27,276 bases of DNA from an uncultured delta proteobacterium. Lineage in GTDB: Bacteria; Desulfobacterota; Binatia; UBA9968. Below, one piece after another: positions 7,068 through 16,885 of the stretch; the stretch's first letter is position 1, and each line of letters opens with the position of its first letter. The stretch covers positions 1 through 27,276 of the forward strand of contig CAWFJP010000019.1 of NCBI GenBank assembly GCA_963816145.1. Direction: 5' to 3'. Below the pieces are notes generated by a model. It made no database searches. It saw only the letters and a list, made by a program, of their open reading frames with translations, and had not been told where the DNA came from. The position numbers were made by a program, and so were the translations under genes.

Positions 7068-9404
7068 TTAACCTCTGGATACTGTGACGCCGTTTTTCTC
7101 GGCTAAAGCGCGCAACACTCGCTCTGGCGTAATCGGCAGATCGCGTATGCGCACGCCGACGGCGTCTTCGATCGCATTGGCGATCGCCGGTGCCACGGTT
7201 AAGGCACCGGTCTCTCCAGCCCCCTTGGCGCCGAAGGGCCCGTCCTCATGCGGCACCTGAACGATGATCGGGCGAACCAATTGCGGCATGTCTTTGATCG
7301 AGGCCACCTGATAGTCGAGCAACGAACCGTTGATCAGCTGGCCTTCGTCAAAGATCATTTCTTCAAACATCGTCAAGCCTAGATGCATCAGCGCGGCGCC
7401 CTGGAGTTGCTGCTCGCAATGGCGCGGGTTGATCGCCGTCCCGGTATCACCGACGCTGAACAATTGCAGCACCTTCACTTGCCCGGTTTCAGTGTCGACT
7501 TCAACTTCGGCTGCCGTCGCCGATGGAAACCAATACTCCGTACACTTTTCCGACTGGCCGGTTTCCGGATCCATATGCGCCGCCGTCGGCTGGCACACCG
7601 CCTCGGCGGCCAGCGTCGTGCCGAGGCTGCCGAACTTGGCCAAGAATATCTCCCCGACAGTCATGCCGCGCTCTTCTAAACCGCGCACATAGATGCGGCC
7701 TTTCCCCGCGGTGAGATCATCCGGATCCACTTCCAGTTTTGCTGCGACAACCTCACATAACTGCGCTTTGACCTTGGCCGCGGCCAGGCGCACGGCATTG
7801 CCCATGTGATAGGTCGAACGGCTGCCGGCGGTGATGGTATCGTAGGGTGTAACGTCGGTGTCGGGTTGCACGATATGCACGCGATCGGCGGTGATACCAA
7901 GTTCCTCGGCGACGATCTGACTCATGGTCGTCTCAGATCCCTGCCCCATCTCCACCGTGCTGCTCAAGACATTGGCCGTGCCGTCGGCATTGAGAATGAC
8001 GATGGCACCCGAAATCGACGGCGTCAGCACCGCTTTGACTCCGGCGGCGATGCCTCGGCCGCGTCGCTTTGTGCCGCTTTGGCTTGGTTGGGGTTTCGAC
8101 CATTCGATGGCTTGCGCAGCTTGACGGATCGCTTCTTTGATCCCGAACGAGCGCACCACAGTGCCGGTGGTGAACTTTTCACCTTCATCCAGAGCCGGTT
8201 TCAAGCGAAACTCTACCGGGTCGATGCCGAGTGCGCGCGCGATCATGTCAGTCTGCGAATCATAGGCCCAGATGACTTGCGGCACGCCGAAGCCGCGAAA
8301 CGCGCCGGCCGGCACCTTGTTGGTGTAGACGCAATAAGAATCGATCCACACGTTGGGTATCTTGTAGGGCCCCGCCGAGGTGTAACCAGACTTGTGACCG
8401 ATGCGCGGGCCGATTTCAGCATAGGCCCCGGTATCCCAATACACTTCGCATTTGCGCGCGGTGATTGTCCCGTTCTTGATCGCAGTTTTTATTTTGGTCA
8501 CCACCTTGTGCTTGGTGATCGTCAGGAACTCTTCTTCCCGGGTCAGCGCGTAGCGCACCGGCTTCTTGGTGAGCAAAGCCAGCGCCGTTACCAGCGGTTC
8601 CAATTTGGCGTATAACTTCGCGCCATAGCCACCGCCCAAATACGGCACCCGCACGCGAATCCGGTGCATCGGAATTCCGAAGGTGGCGGCAAGTTCGGTG
8701 CGCACGTAGGACGGGGATTGGCTCGCAGTCCAAACATTGAGCCGATTATGTTCATCCAAATAAACCAGCGTCACATGCGGCTCCATCGGCACATGCTGGG
8801 CCGGCGGTGAGCTAAACGTATCGTCAAAAACTCGATCCGCTTCGGCAAACGCCTTGTCGACATCGCCGACGCGGAGTTTGAACTGATAACAAATATTGGA
8901 CTGTTGTCCGGCTTTGACATGGGCCAAATCCGCGAAAGCCTTAGCCGGTCGATGCTGTTCATGAACCAGGGGCGCGTCCTTCTTGACTGCATCCAACACG
9001 TCAAAGATCGCCGGCAGCGGCTGGTAATCGATCTCGACCAGCTGCAGCGCATCCTCGGCGGTCCGATGATCCGCGGCCGCCACCGCGACGACGGGATCGC
9101 CAACGTGGCAAACTCTGTCCACCGCGAGGATCGGCTGATCGCGAAACGCCGGACCGAAGTGCGGATCGACCCCCGGCATCTTCGCAATATCGGCACCGGT
9201 GAGCACCGCGGCGACACCGGCCAACGCCGCGGCCTTGGATTTGTCGATGCGCAAAATCCGCGCGTGCGGGTAAGGACTTCGCAGCACAGCAACATGGAGC
9301 ATTCCCGGCATCTCGATGTTGCCGACATGCAGCGCCCGCCCGGTGACTTTGGGGTTGGCGTCCTTGCGATAAACCGATTGCCCGACGACTGAAAAATTTG
9401 TCAT
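7068..9404 (-). CDS. Xanthine dehydrogenase-family molybdopterin-binding large subunit (not a true CO dehydrogenase)
   Basis: LRSPYPHA, GGGYGAK, active-site loop AGAFRGFGVPQ, EMGQG, TAGSRST, GPFGAKGAGE with the catalytic Glu. Confidence 0.95.
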   Translation of the reverse strand: MTNFSVVGQSVYRKDANPKVTGRALHVGNIEMPGMLHVAVLRSPYPHARILRIDKSKAAALAGVAAVLTGADIAKMPGVDPHFGPAFRDQPILAVDRVCHVGDPVVAVAAADHRTAEDALQLVEIDYQPLPAIFDVLDAVKKDAPLVHEQHRPAKAFADLAHVKAGQQSNICYQFKLRVGDVDKAFAEADRVFDDTFSSPPAQHVPMEPHVTLVYLDEHNRLNVWTASQSPSYVRTELAATFGIPMHRIRVRVPYLGGGYGAKLYAKLEPLVTALALLTKKPVRYALTREEEFLTITKHKVVTKIKTAIKNGTITARKCEVYWDTGAYAEIGPRIGHKSGYTSAGPYKIPNVWIDSYCVYTNKVPAGAFRGFGVPQVIWAYDSQTDMIARALGIDPVEFRLKPALDEGEKFTTGTVVRSFGIKEAIRQAAQAIEWSKPQPSQSGTKRRGRGIAAGVKAVLTPSISGAIVILNADGTANVLSSTVEMGQGSETTMSQIVAEELGITADRVHIVQPDTDVTPYDTITAGSRSTYHMGNAVRLAAAKVKAQLCEVVAAKLEVDPDDLTAGKGRIYVRGLEERGMTVGEIFLAKFGSLGTTLAAEAVCQPTAAHMDPETGQSEKCTEYWFPSATAAEVEVDTETGQVKVLQLFSVGDTGTAINPRHCEQQLQGAALMHLGLTMFEEMIFDEGQLINGSLLDYQVASIKDMPQLVRPIIVQVPHEDGPFGAKGAGETGALTVAPAIANAIEDAVGVRIRDLPITPERVLRALAEKNGVTVSRG

Positions 9405-9408
9405 GAGT

Positions 9409-10263
9409 TTATCCGTTGACCTGCTCGAGCGCCTTTTGCGTAAACAGCCGCGCCATCTTGCGCTTGTACCAATCCGAGCCGCGCAAATCGGACGACGGCG
9501 AGATCTGTGCGTCGACCGCGGCGAGTATTTTGTCGATCACTGCGGCATCGACGACCTGGTCATGAGCGAACTCCAACCCGGAGATCAGCAGCGGCGTCGC
9601 CGCCACGCCGCCGAGCGCCAGACGCAATTGCTGACAGCGGCCGCCCTGCTTTTGCATGAACGCCGATACGCCGACACAGGGCCAGTCGTTGGCAGATAGG
9701 GTGCTGTAGCGCAGATAAACTGCGCGACTGTTAGCCGGCATTGGCGGAATTTTTACCTCGGTGAGAATCTCGCCCGGCTCCAGCGCCGTCTCGTACATGC
9801 CGCGAAAGAAATCTTTGAGCTCGATCGTGCGCGCGCCTTTCGGACCGATGGCTGAAACCGCGGCGCCGAGAACCAACAACGGCGGCGGCGGGTCCAAACG
9901 ATAATCGGCGTGGGCGAGATTGCCGCCCACCGACGCCGTCTGGCGCACCCGCACATTGCCGATATGGCTAAACGCCTCGGCGACGACCGGAAAAGCTTGA
10001 CGGATCAGCGGCGACAGCTCGATCATTCGATGCGTCGCCAGAGCGCCGAGTCGAACACCGTCGCGATCCTGCGTGATATGACTCAGTCCCGGAATCGTCT
10101 GCAGATCGACCAAATACGGATAGTGCAGCGCCCGCTGCTTCATCAAGATGACCAGCGTCGTGCCGCCGCCGATGGCGCGGGCGTCTTCGCCATGCATTTG
10201 TAGGAACTCCACGGCTTCGGGCAAGGATCGCGGCTGGAGTAGATCGAACGAGCGGATAGTCAT
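9409..10263 (-). CDS. Xanthine dehydrogenase/CoxM-family FAD-binding medium subunit
   Basis: IGGGTTL, RQTASVGGNLAHAD, SDLRGSDWYKR; first gene of an M-L-S operon with 4-bp gaps. Confidence 0.95.
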   Translation of the reverse strand: MTIRSFDLLQPRSLPEAVEFLQMHGEDARAIGGGTTLVILMKQRALHYPYLVDLQTIPGLSHITQDRDGVRLGALATHRMIELSPLIRQAFPVVAEAFSHIGNVRVRQTASVGGNLAHADYRLDPPPPLLVLGAAVSAIGPKGARTIELKDFFRGMYETALEPGEILTEVKIPPMPANSRAVYLRYSTLSANDWPCVGVSAFMQKQGGRCQQLRLALGGVAATPLLISGLEFAHDQVVDAAVIDKILAAVDAQISPSSDLRGSDWYKRKMARLFTQKALEQVNG

Positions 10264-10392
10264 TGGTATTCCTGAGTCGGTTTCGTTTCTATCCTTACGC
10301 TATTTCAGAATCAAGTTGACGGAGCACCAAAACGCATTTGACAGAACCACCCAACTCTGAGATGAATCGATTTTAATAGGAGGGCAAAGACG

Positions 10393-11205
10393 ATGTTTAC
10401 GAGCATTAGACATATCGCGGTGATGACCGAGAACTGGAACCGCGAAGCAAGGTTTTATCAGACGATCTTCGGCATGAAAAAGATCACCAATGGCATGACC
10501 GACGAAAAAGGCGATTACAATCCCGAACGCGGCCATCTGAGCGACGGCGTCATCGGCCTGGCGCTACTGCAACGCCAGCCGGGCTTCAGGTCGGGCATGG
10601 ACCATTTCGGCTTCGCGGTCGAAAGCGTCGACCTAGTGCGCGAGCGGCTCAAACAGTCTTATCCCGACGTCAATATTCACCAAAGCCAAAGCCATGTGCC
10701 GTTTGCCGGCCTGCGCGGCCACGATCCGGACGGCAACCAATACGACCTCTCGCAGATGGGTATGGCCAACGTGCGTGAAGGTTACGTCGAGTTTGGCTGG
10801 GAGCAGCCGCGCTGGATCAATCACATCTGCATCCGCAGCGGCAGAACGGCACATATCGCCGAGTTTTATCAAAAAGTTTTCGACCTGAAACCGGTGGAAG
10901 GCCTCTCCGGCGACAACAGTTATTACTTGACCGACGGCAAGGTCAGTCTCGCGATCCGGCCGTGGAGCATGGTTACGCATCGCGGTTTTTACTCGGGCCT
11001 CGACCACTTCGGCTTTAAAGTCGACAACCTCGAACAAACCAAGAAAGATCTCGATGCCCTCGGCGCCGCCCATCCCGAATCGGCGGCGCGCCGCGTCGAC
11101 ATTGGCCGCGACGGCCCCAACCACATGAAAAACCTCGAGGCCTGCAAGCTATGCAAGCACGCCCTGTCCGATCCGGACGGCGTGCTGCTAGATTTGACGG
11201 ACTGA
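10393..11205 (+). CDS. Tandem VOC (glyoxalase/extradiol dioxygenase fold) protein
   Basis: Two repeats of HI(A/C)x...FYQxxF...GxDHFGF...DPDG; AGGAGG RBS. Confidence 0.85.
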   Translation: MFTSIRHIAVMTENWNREARFYQTIFGMKKITNGMTDEKGDYNPERGHLSDGVIGLALLQRQPGFRSGMDHFGFAVESVDLVRERLKQSYPDVNIHQSQSHVPFAGLRGHDPDGNQYDLSQMGMANVREGYVEFGWEQPRWINHICIRSGRTAHIAEFYQKVFDLKPVEGLSGDNSYYLTDGKVSLAIRPWSMVTHRGFYSGLDHFGFKVDNLEQTKKDLDALGAAHPESAARRVDIGRDGPNHMKNLEACKLCKHALSDPDGVLLDLTD

Positions 11206-11276
11206 GGGATCGAGGGGTCGCCAACCGTAGTGGAAGCTCTCGACTGGGGCTGAAGACAGATCGTTTGGGAGGAGCT

Positions 11277-11624
11277 ATGGAGTTTGCCAACATCAACGAC
11301 ACCATGCGGACGGCCAAGGATCAGGACAAACGCTTCATGCCGCTCTTCGGCTCGGAAACTTTTCGCTCGTGGATCCTATATTTCCGCCCCGGCGAACACA
11401 CCGACATGCATTTCCATATGTCACCGGAAACTTTTCTCGTGCTGCAAGGCAAAGCGTCGGTCAAAGGCCTTAAGGGCGATGAGCGCGTGATCGGGCAGAA
11501 CGAGATCGTTTTTTTCGGCGCCAAAGATTATTATCAAATCACCAACGTCGGCGATGAACCGCTGGTGCTGGTCGGCAACCGTTCCGAAGCGTTCGGCGGC
11601 GCCCATGTGACCGCGAAAGAATAG
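11277..11624 (+). CDS. Cupin domain protein
   Basis: PGEHTDMHFHMSPETFLVLQG cupin motif 1 (HxH...E); ATG at 11277 behind GGAGGAG, preferred over the track's 11151 start. Confidence 0.88.
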   Translation: MEFANINDTMRTAKDQDKRFMPLFGSETFRSWILYFRPGEHTDMHFHMSPETFLVLQGKASVKGLKGDERVIGQNEIVFFGAKDYYQITNVGDEPLVLVGNRSEAFGGAHVTAKE

Positions 11625-11639
11625 ACTCGGATTATCTCC

Positions 11640-11663
11640 CGCAAAGACGCGAAGGCGCAAAGG
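11640..11663 (+). repeat. 3 x 8-bp direct repeat CGCRAAG-R in the intergenic spacer
   Basis: CGCAAAGA CGCGAAGG CGCAAAGG, flanked by partly complementary TTATCTCCCG and CGGGATAA. Confidence 0.6.
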
Positions 11664-11675
11664 TGACGGGATAAA

Positions 11676-12647
11676 ATGCAGCTGTCATCGCGTGTCTGCC
11701 TGCTGCTATGTATTCTTTCCGTCACGGCGCGGCATTCCCTCGCCGCAGAGGAAATCAAAATCGCCTCCACCGGTGCCGGACTTAGCACATTGCCGCTGGA
11801 GGTCGCCGCGCGCAAAGGCTTTTTTCGCGACGAAGGCTTTGACGTATTGACGATAACGATGCGCACTAACATCGCGGTCAATGCGCTCCTCACTCGAAGT
11901 GTCGAATTTGCCACTCCCAGCACGTCCGCGATAAAAGCCGCCAGCGCCGGCTTACCGGTGAAACTGGTTGCCGTCTTGCTTGGCCGTCCCGACTACTTTC
12001 TCACCGTCAAGAAAGATGTAAAAACCGTACGCGATCTCAAGGGCAAACGCATCGCCATCGGCAGCTACGGCGCCGCCGCCGACTTGGCCCTGCGCGCAGT
12101 CGCCAAGCAAGACGGCTTGGACCCCGACCGCGAGCTCATTCGATTGCAAATGGGCGGCGCCGCAGCGCGCTACGCTGCGCTCGTTTCCGGCAGCGTCGAC
12201 GCAACTATCTTGACTCTGCCTTACAACCTGCAAGCGGAAAAAGCCGGCTACAAAGACCTCCTCTGGTTCGGCGAACGCTTAGAGCTCCCGCTCTCTGGCC
12301 TCGCCGTCCGGGACGAGACAATTCAGAAAAATCCCAAACAAGTCTACGGCATGATTAGAGCCGTCTTCCGCGCCATGGCGTTCGCCGGCGCCAACCGCGA
12401 GGAAACCATCCAGATACTAATCAACTGGTTGAAGCTCGATCGTGAGGTTGCTGCAAGGAGCTATGAATTAGGGAAGCGAAGTTGGTCCGACGGTGGTATC
12501 GTCTCCGACGCCGCGGTCCAGACGCTGATCGATCAGTCGATGCTCGAACTAAAAAGCAAAGATCCCGTCACCCTGGACAACGTGCGCAACTGGAGCTTTG
12601 CCGAGCGGGCGCGGCGGGAGTTGGGAAACACTGTGGGAGGAAAATAG
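11676..12647 (+). CDS. ABC-type substrate-binding protein, NitT/TauT (SsuA/NMT1/THI5-like); no permease or ATPase nearby
   Basis: Signal peptide; VAARKGFFRDEG, DLKGKRIAIGSYG, AALVSGSVDATIL motifs. Confidence 0.88.
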   Translation: MQLSSRVCLLLCILSVTARHSLAAEEIKIASTGAGLSTLPLEVAARKGFFRDEGFDVLTITMRTNIAVNALLTRSVEFATPSTSAIKAASAGLPVKLVAVLLGRPDYFLTVKKDVKTVRDLKGKRIAIGSYGAAADLALRAVAKQDGLDPDRELIRLQMGGAAARYAALVSGSVDATILTLPYNLQAEKAGYKDLLWFGERLELPLSGLAVRDETIQKNPKQVYGMIRAVFRAMAFAGANREETIQILINWLKLDREVAARSYELGKRSWSDGGIVSDAAVQTLIDQSMLELKSKDPVTLDNVRNWSFAERARRELGNTVGGK

Positions 12648-12758
12648 CCGCATTGTATTGCAGTAAAGAAATCGTCTGCGGCGAAAGTTTTATCCGTTGT
12701 TTTTTACTTCGTTCCTAACCGTCCAGCCTGCACTGTTGCCTGACTCCGAGGAATAGTC

Positions 12759-14699
12759 ATGGAAAACCGACCCATCGAGCGCCGGCTCGCGGCGATCATG
12801 GCGGCTGACGTCGTCAGCTATAGCCGTCTCATGGGCGCAGACGAGGTCGGCACCTTACGGTCGCTGAAAGCTCATCGTCGCGATCTGATCGATCCGGCCA
12901 TCGCCGGCTATCGCGGCCGCATTGTCAAAACCACCGGCGACGGCATGCTCGTCGAGTTCGCCAGCGTGGTTGACGCGGTCGCCTGCGCGGTCGCCGTCCA
13001 GCGCGGCATGTTGAGCCGCAATGCGGAAGAACCCGAAGACAAGCGCGTCATCTTTCGCATCGGCATCAACGTCGGCGACATCATCATCGACGGCGACGAC
13101 ATCTTCGGCGACGGCGTGAACATCGCGGCGCGGCTTGAGAGTTTGTGCGAGCCGGGCGGGCTATGCATTTCGCGTATGGCGAACGACCAAATTCGCGACA
13201 AGTTCGCGATATCCTTCGCCGATCTGGGCGAGCAGACGGTGAAGAACATCGCCCGCCCAGTCGGCATGTTTGGGCTGGCGGCAAAAGACATCGCCGCACT
13301 GCCGGAAGAAGAGTTGCCAAACGCGCCTGCGATCGCCAAGCCGGCTGTGGATATCGCGCTACGTCTGCGACGCCGCGCGCTCTGGTTCGCCGCTGCCGCT
13401 ATTGTGGTTATTTTTGTGGCTGCCGGCGCATGGTATGTGCGCCAACATGGATGGATGCCAGGCGGGAACGTCGCCTCTACCGGGCGCCATTCGATCGTCG
13501 TGCTGCCGTTCGCCAATCTAAGCGGCAATCCGGAGCAAGCTTACGTGGCCGATGGCCTGACCACCAAGATCACCACCGACCTCTCACGCGCGGCAGGGCT
13601 CTTTGTGATTGCCGCGACGACTGCGAATACGTTTCGGGACAAACAAATCCACGTTCACCAGGTGGGCAAGGACCTGGGCGTGCGTTACGTTCTACAGGGC
13701 AATGTGCAGCGCGGCGGTGAAAAAATCCGCATCAATGCCCAACTGGCCGACACCTCCTCCGGCGGGCAGCTCTGGGCCGAGACCTTCGATGGCGACAGCT
13801 CCGACCTGTTTGCGTTGCAAGACCGGATCACCTCGCGCATTGCCAATTCCATCGGGCGGGAAATCGTCGTCGCGGCCGCTCGCGAGAGCGAAGCGCGCAA
13901 AACCGACCCGCAGGCGGGCGATCTGCTGCTCCGCGCTGTGGCCCTGACTATCAAAACCCGGGGTCTGGAAACCCTGCAACAACAGGAAAAGCTCTTTCGC
14001 GAGATTTTGGTGCTGGACCCCAACAACGTCGATGTCATGGCGCGCCTGGCAACCTGCCTGATGAACCAAAGACGAGTATATATCAACGTGCTGGGGCCTC
14101 AAGTCGCCGAGGAAAAACTCAAAGAGGGTTACAGCCTTGCCCTCAAAGCCAAAGAACTCGACCCGGCCAACCCTCTGACGTATGAGGCGCTGGGTGTGTA
14201 CTTCACTTTCCGGCGCGACCTTGCACAGGCGATTGCCGCGTTCCAGAAAGGCATTGCGCTCAACCGCAATCATATGCCTTTCTACGATGGCCTAGCCCGG
14301 GCGAGTCTCATCAGTGGAGAACCGAAGAAAGCGATTGAGTATGCGGAGCAAGCCCTGTCCCTCGATCCGCGCGGGCCACAAATTACGACTTCGATGATTT
14401 TCCTAGGCGTGGGGCACTTTTTTCGGGGCCACGACGACCTAGCGATCGAGTGGCTAGAAAAGGCGCGCGCGGAAGCTCCTAAGAACCCGAACGTGCTTCA
14501 ACACCTCGCGATCGCCTACGCCAAGAAAGGCGACCTGGTGAAAGCAAAGGCGACTGCGGCGGAACTGCTTCGCATCGCGCCCAACTTCAGGCTATCGAAT
14601 GGCGGCAATTACCCATTTCCATCGTCGCCAGAGGCCTACAAAAAACTGTGGCGAGAGGTCTACATGCCAGCGGCTAATAAGGCGGGTCTGCCGGAGTAA
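12759..14699 (+). CDS. Class III adenylate/guanylate cyclase - TM - TolB-like - TPR protein (paralogue 1)
   Basis: RRLAAIMAADVVSYS, KTTGDG, DIFGDGVNIAARLE; one TM helix; SIVVLPFANLSG TolB_N-like motif; C-terminal TPR helices; GAGG RBS. Confidence 0.92.
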   Translation: MENRPIERRLAAIMAADVVSYSRLMGADEVGTLRSLKAHRRDLIDPAIAGYRGRIVKTTGDGMLVEFASVVDAVACAVAVQRGMLSRNAEEPEDKRVIFRIGINVGDIIIDGDDIFGDGVNIAARLESLCEPGGLCISRMANDQIRDKFAISFADLGEQTVKNIARPVGMFGLAAKDIAALPEEELPNAPAIAKPAVDIALRLRRRALWFAAAAIVVIFVAAGAWYVRQHGWMPGGNVASTGRHSIVVLPFANLSGNPEQAYVADGLTTKITTDLSRAAGLFVIAATTANTFRDKQIHVHQVGKDLGVRYVLQGNVQRGGEKIRINAQLADTSSGGQLWAETFDGDSSDLFALQDRITSRIANSIGREIVVAAARESEARKTDPQAGDLLLRAVALTIKTRGLETLQQQEKLFREILVLDPNNVDVMARLATCLMNQRRVYINVLGPQVAEEKLKEGYSLALKAKELDPANPLTYEALGVYFTFRRDLAQAIAAFQKGIALNRNHMPFYDGLARASLISGEPKKAIEYAEQALSLDPRGPQITTSMIFLGVGHFFRGHDDLAIEWLEKARAEAPKNPNVLQHLAIAYAKKGDLVKAKATAAELLRIAPNFRLSNGGNYPFPSSPEAYKKLWREVYMPAANKAGLPE

Positions 14700-14931
14700 G
14701 CTTGGGACCTGAGCGGTGATGTTCGGAGGACAAAACTCCAAGCCAACCAGCCCGTCCATCTCGACAGTTCGCTTTTTGCGGAACAAGCAAAGCGTGATAT
14801 GGGCAACTTCGTGGAAGGAAGATAGAGTGTACTGAAATAAGAAGAGTTTTTGGTTCCGCCATATTTTGATAATTTTCTTTGATCTTTCCACGCTGTCGAA
14901 CCTGACAATTACCAGAACACGGGAAGTACTC

Positions 14932-16872
14932 TTGGATAAACAAACAGTCGAGCGCCGTCTCGCCGCGATCTTGGCGGCTGATGTCGTCAGCTATAGCCGT
15001 CTGATGGGTGTAGATGAGGTCGGCACCGTAAGGACACTCAAAGCCCATCGTCGCGATCTGCTCGATCCGGCCATCGCCGGCCATCGTGGGCGCATCGTCA
15101 AGACCACCGGCGACGGCCTGCTCGTCGAGTTCGCCAGCGTGGTTGACGCTGTTGCCTGCGCTGTCGCCATCCAGCGTGGCATGTTGAGCCGCAATGCCGG
15201 GGAGGCCGAGGACAAACGCATAGTGCTTCGCATCGGCATCAATCTCGGCGATATCATAATCGAGGGGAACGACATCTTCGGCGACGGCGTAAACGTTGCG
15301 GCGCGGCTTGAAACCTTGTGCGAGCCGGGCGGATTGTGCGTTTCGCGCACGGTGAACGAACAAATCCGCGACAAACTCTCATTAACTTTTACCGATCTTG
15401 GCGAGCAGATGGTGAAGAACATCGCCCGCCCAGTGGGCGTGTTTGGGCTGGCGGCGAAAGACATCGCAGCGTTACCCGAGCAAGAGCTGCCCCGCGCGCT
15501 GGCGAGCGCCAGGCTAACGGCTAAGATAGCGCCACTTCTGCGCCGCCGGGCGGTTTTGTTTTCCGCCGCTGCTCTTCTGGTTATTTTCATCGCTGCCAGC
15601 GTTTGGTTTTCGCGGCAACACGGATCGAATTCGACCAGCGACCTTGCTTTGCCCGACCGCCCCTCGGTTGCCGTGCTGCCGTTCGAGAACATGGGCGGCG
15701 ATCCCGAACAGGCCTATTTTGCCGACGGCATGACCGAAGACCTGATCACTGATCTATCCAAGGTGGCCGGACTGCTCGTCATCGCGCGTAATTCGACGTT
15801 TGCGTACAAGGGTAAGCCAAAGGACATTCGCGAGATCGCCAAGGCGCTGGGCGTGCGCTATGTGCTGGAAGGGAGCGTGCGCCGGAGCGGCCGCGAAATA
15901 CGGGTCAACGCGCAGCTCATCGACGCGACAACCGGCGGCCACCTGTGGGCGGATCGCTACGACGGCGAGATGAAAAATGTCTTCGGCTTGCAGGACCAAG
16001 TCACGCGCAACGTCGTCAGCGCACTCGCCGTAAAATTGACCAAGGAAGATCGGGAGCGTACGGCGCGCCGGAGCACGGAGAACGCCCAAGCTTATGACGT
16101 TTTTCTGAAAGGTTGGCAGCTTTACCTTCGCCAGACACCGGAAGATTTCCGCACAGCCATCGACTATTTCAAAAAAGCCATTGAACTCGATCCGACTTAC
16201 GGTCGAGCGTACGCAGCTCTCGCGGCGACCTACTGGGAAGCCTCGACGCGGTATTGGGATATCGCGTTGGGATTCTCGCGCCACCAGGAAGCTCGCTTCC
16301 AAGCGGAACAGTTCCTGGCGAAGGCCATGCGCACCCCCACTCCGCTTGCCCACCAGGTGGCCAGCGCCATGTTGCTCCAGGGACAGCAGCACAGCGAAGC
16401 GATCGCGGAAGCGAAACTTGCGATAGCAGCCGATCCGAACGATGCCGATGCCTACGTTGCTTTGGCCAATGCGCTGAGCTTCGCGGGCAAAGCCAATGAA
16501 GCGCTCGATCAAGTCGAAAAGGCCATCCGTCTCAATCCCCACTACCCACCGCAATACTTGTATCAGCGTGGACTGGCGCAGTTCAGCATGAAGCAACTCG
16601 ATAACGCAGCCGCGGATCTCGAACGGGCTATCACCCTCAATCGCGACGATTACTGGTCGCAGCGCTTACTGCTTGCAACCTACGGGTTGCTCGGCCGTCG
16701 TGCGGATGCCGCCAAGCTTTTCGAGTCGATCAGGCCCGGTGAAAGACAAGATAGACTCGCCGTCTACGATCCGCTGACGGTTCGGGCAACCACCTACTGG
16801 TACCCCTTTGCCGACAGTTCGGATGCGGAACGTTTCGCTGAAGGATTGCGTAAAGCGGGCGTGCCGCAATAA
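14932..16872 (+). CDS. Class III adenylate/guanylate cyclase - TM - TolB-like - TPR protein (paralogue 2)
   Basis: Same architecture (KTTGDG, DIFGDGVNVAARLE, PSVAVLPFENMGG, TPRs). TTG at 14932 chosen by alignment to the paralogue 1 start; the track gives 14866. Confidence 0.9.
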   Translation: MDKQTVERRLAAILAADVVSYSRLMGVDEVGTVRTLKAHRRDLLDPAIAGHRGRIVKTTGDGLLVEFASVVDAVACAVAIQRGMLSRNAGEAEDKRIVLRIGINLGDIIIEGNDIFGDGVNVAARLETLCEPGGLCVSRTVNEQIRDKLSLTFTDLGEQMVKNIARPVGVFGLAAKDIAALPEQELPRALASARLTAKIAPLLRRRAVLFSAAALLVIFIAASVWFSRQHGSNSTSDLALPDRPSVAVLPFENMGGDPEQAYFADGMTEDLITDLSKVAGLLVIARNSTFAYKGKPKDIREIAKALGVRYVLEGSVRRSGREIRVNAQLIDATTGGHLWADRYDGEMKNVFGLQDQVTRNVVSALAVKLTKEDRERTARRSTENAQAYDVFLKGWQLYLRQTPEDFRTAIDYFKKAIELDPTYGRAYAALAATYWEASTRYWDIALGFSRHQEARFQAEQFLAKAMRTPTPLAHQVASAMLLQGQQHSEAIAEAKLAIAADPNDADAYVALANALSFAGKANEALDQVEKAIRLNPHYPPQYLYQRGLAQFSMKQLDNAAADLERAITLNRDDYWSQRLLLATYGLLGRRADAAKLFESIRPGERQDRLAVYDPLTVRATTYWYPFADSSDAERFAEGLRKAGVPQ

Positions 16873-16885
16873 CGGCCCAAGCGAT

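Noticed and set aside
7068-9404. Aerobic CO dehydrogenase (coxL) call
   Set aside because: Active-site loop is AFRGFG rather than AYxCSFR or AYRGAGR, gene order is M-L-S, and no cox accessory genes are present.
12908-15692. Similar antisense ORFs (12908..13528, 14991..15692, 14674..15363) that look like a conserved gene pair
   Set aside because: Shadow frames of the two cyclase paralogues; their similarity follows from the sense-strand similarity.
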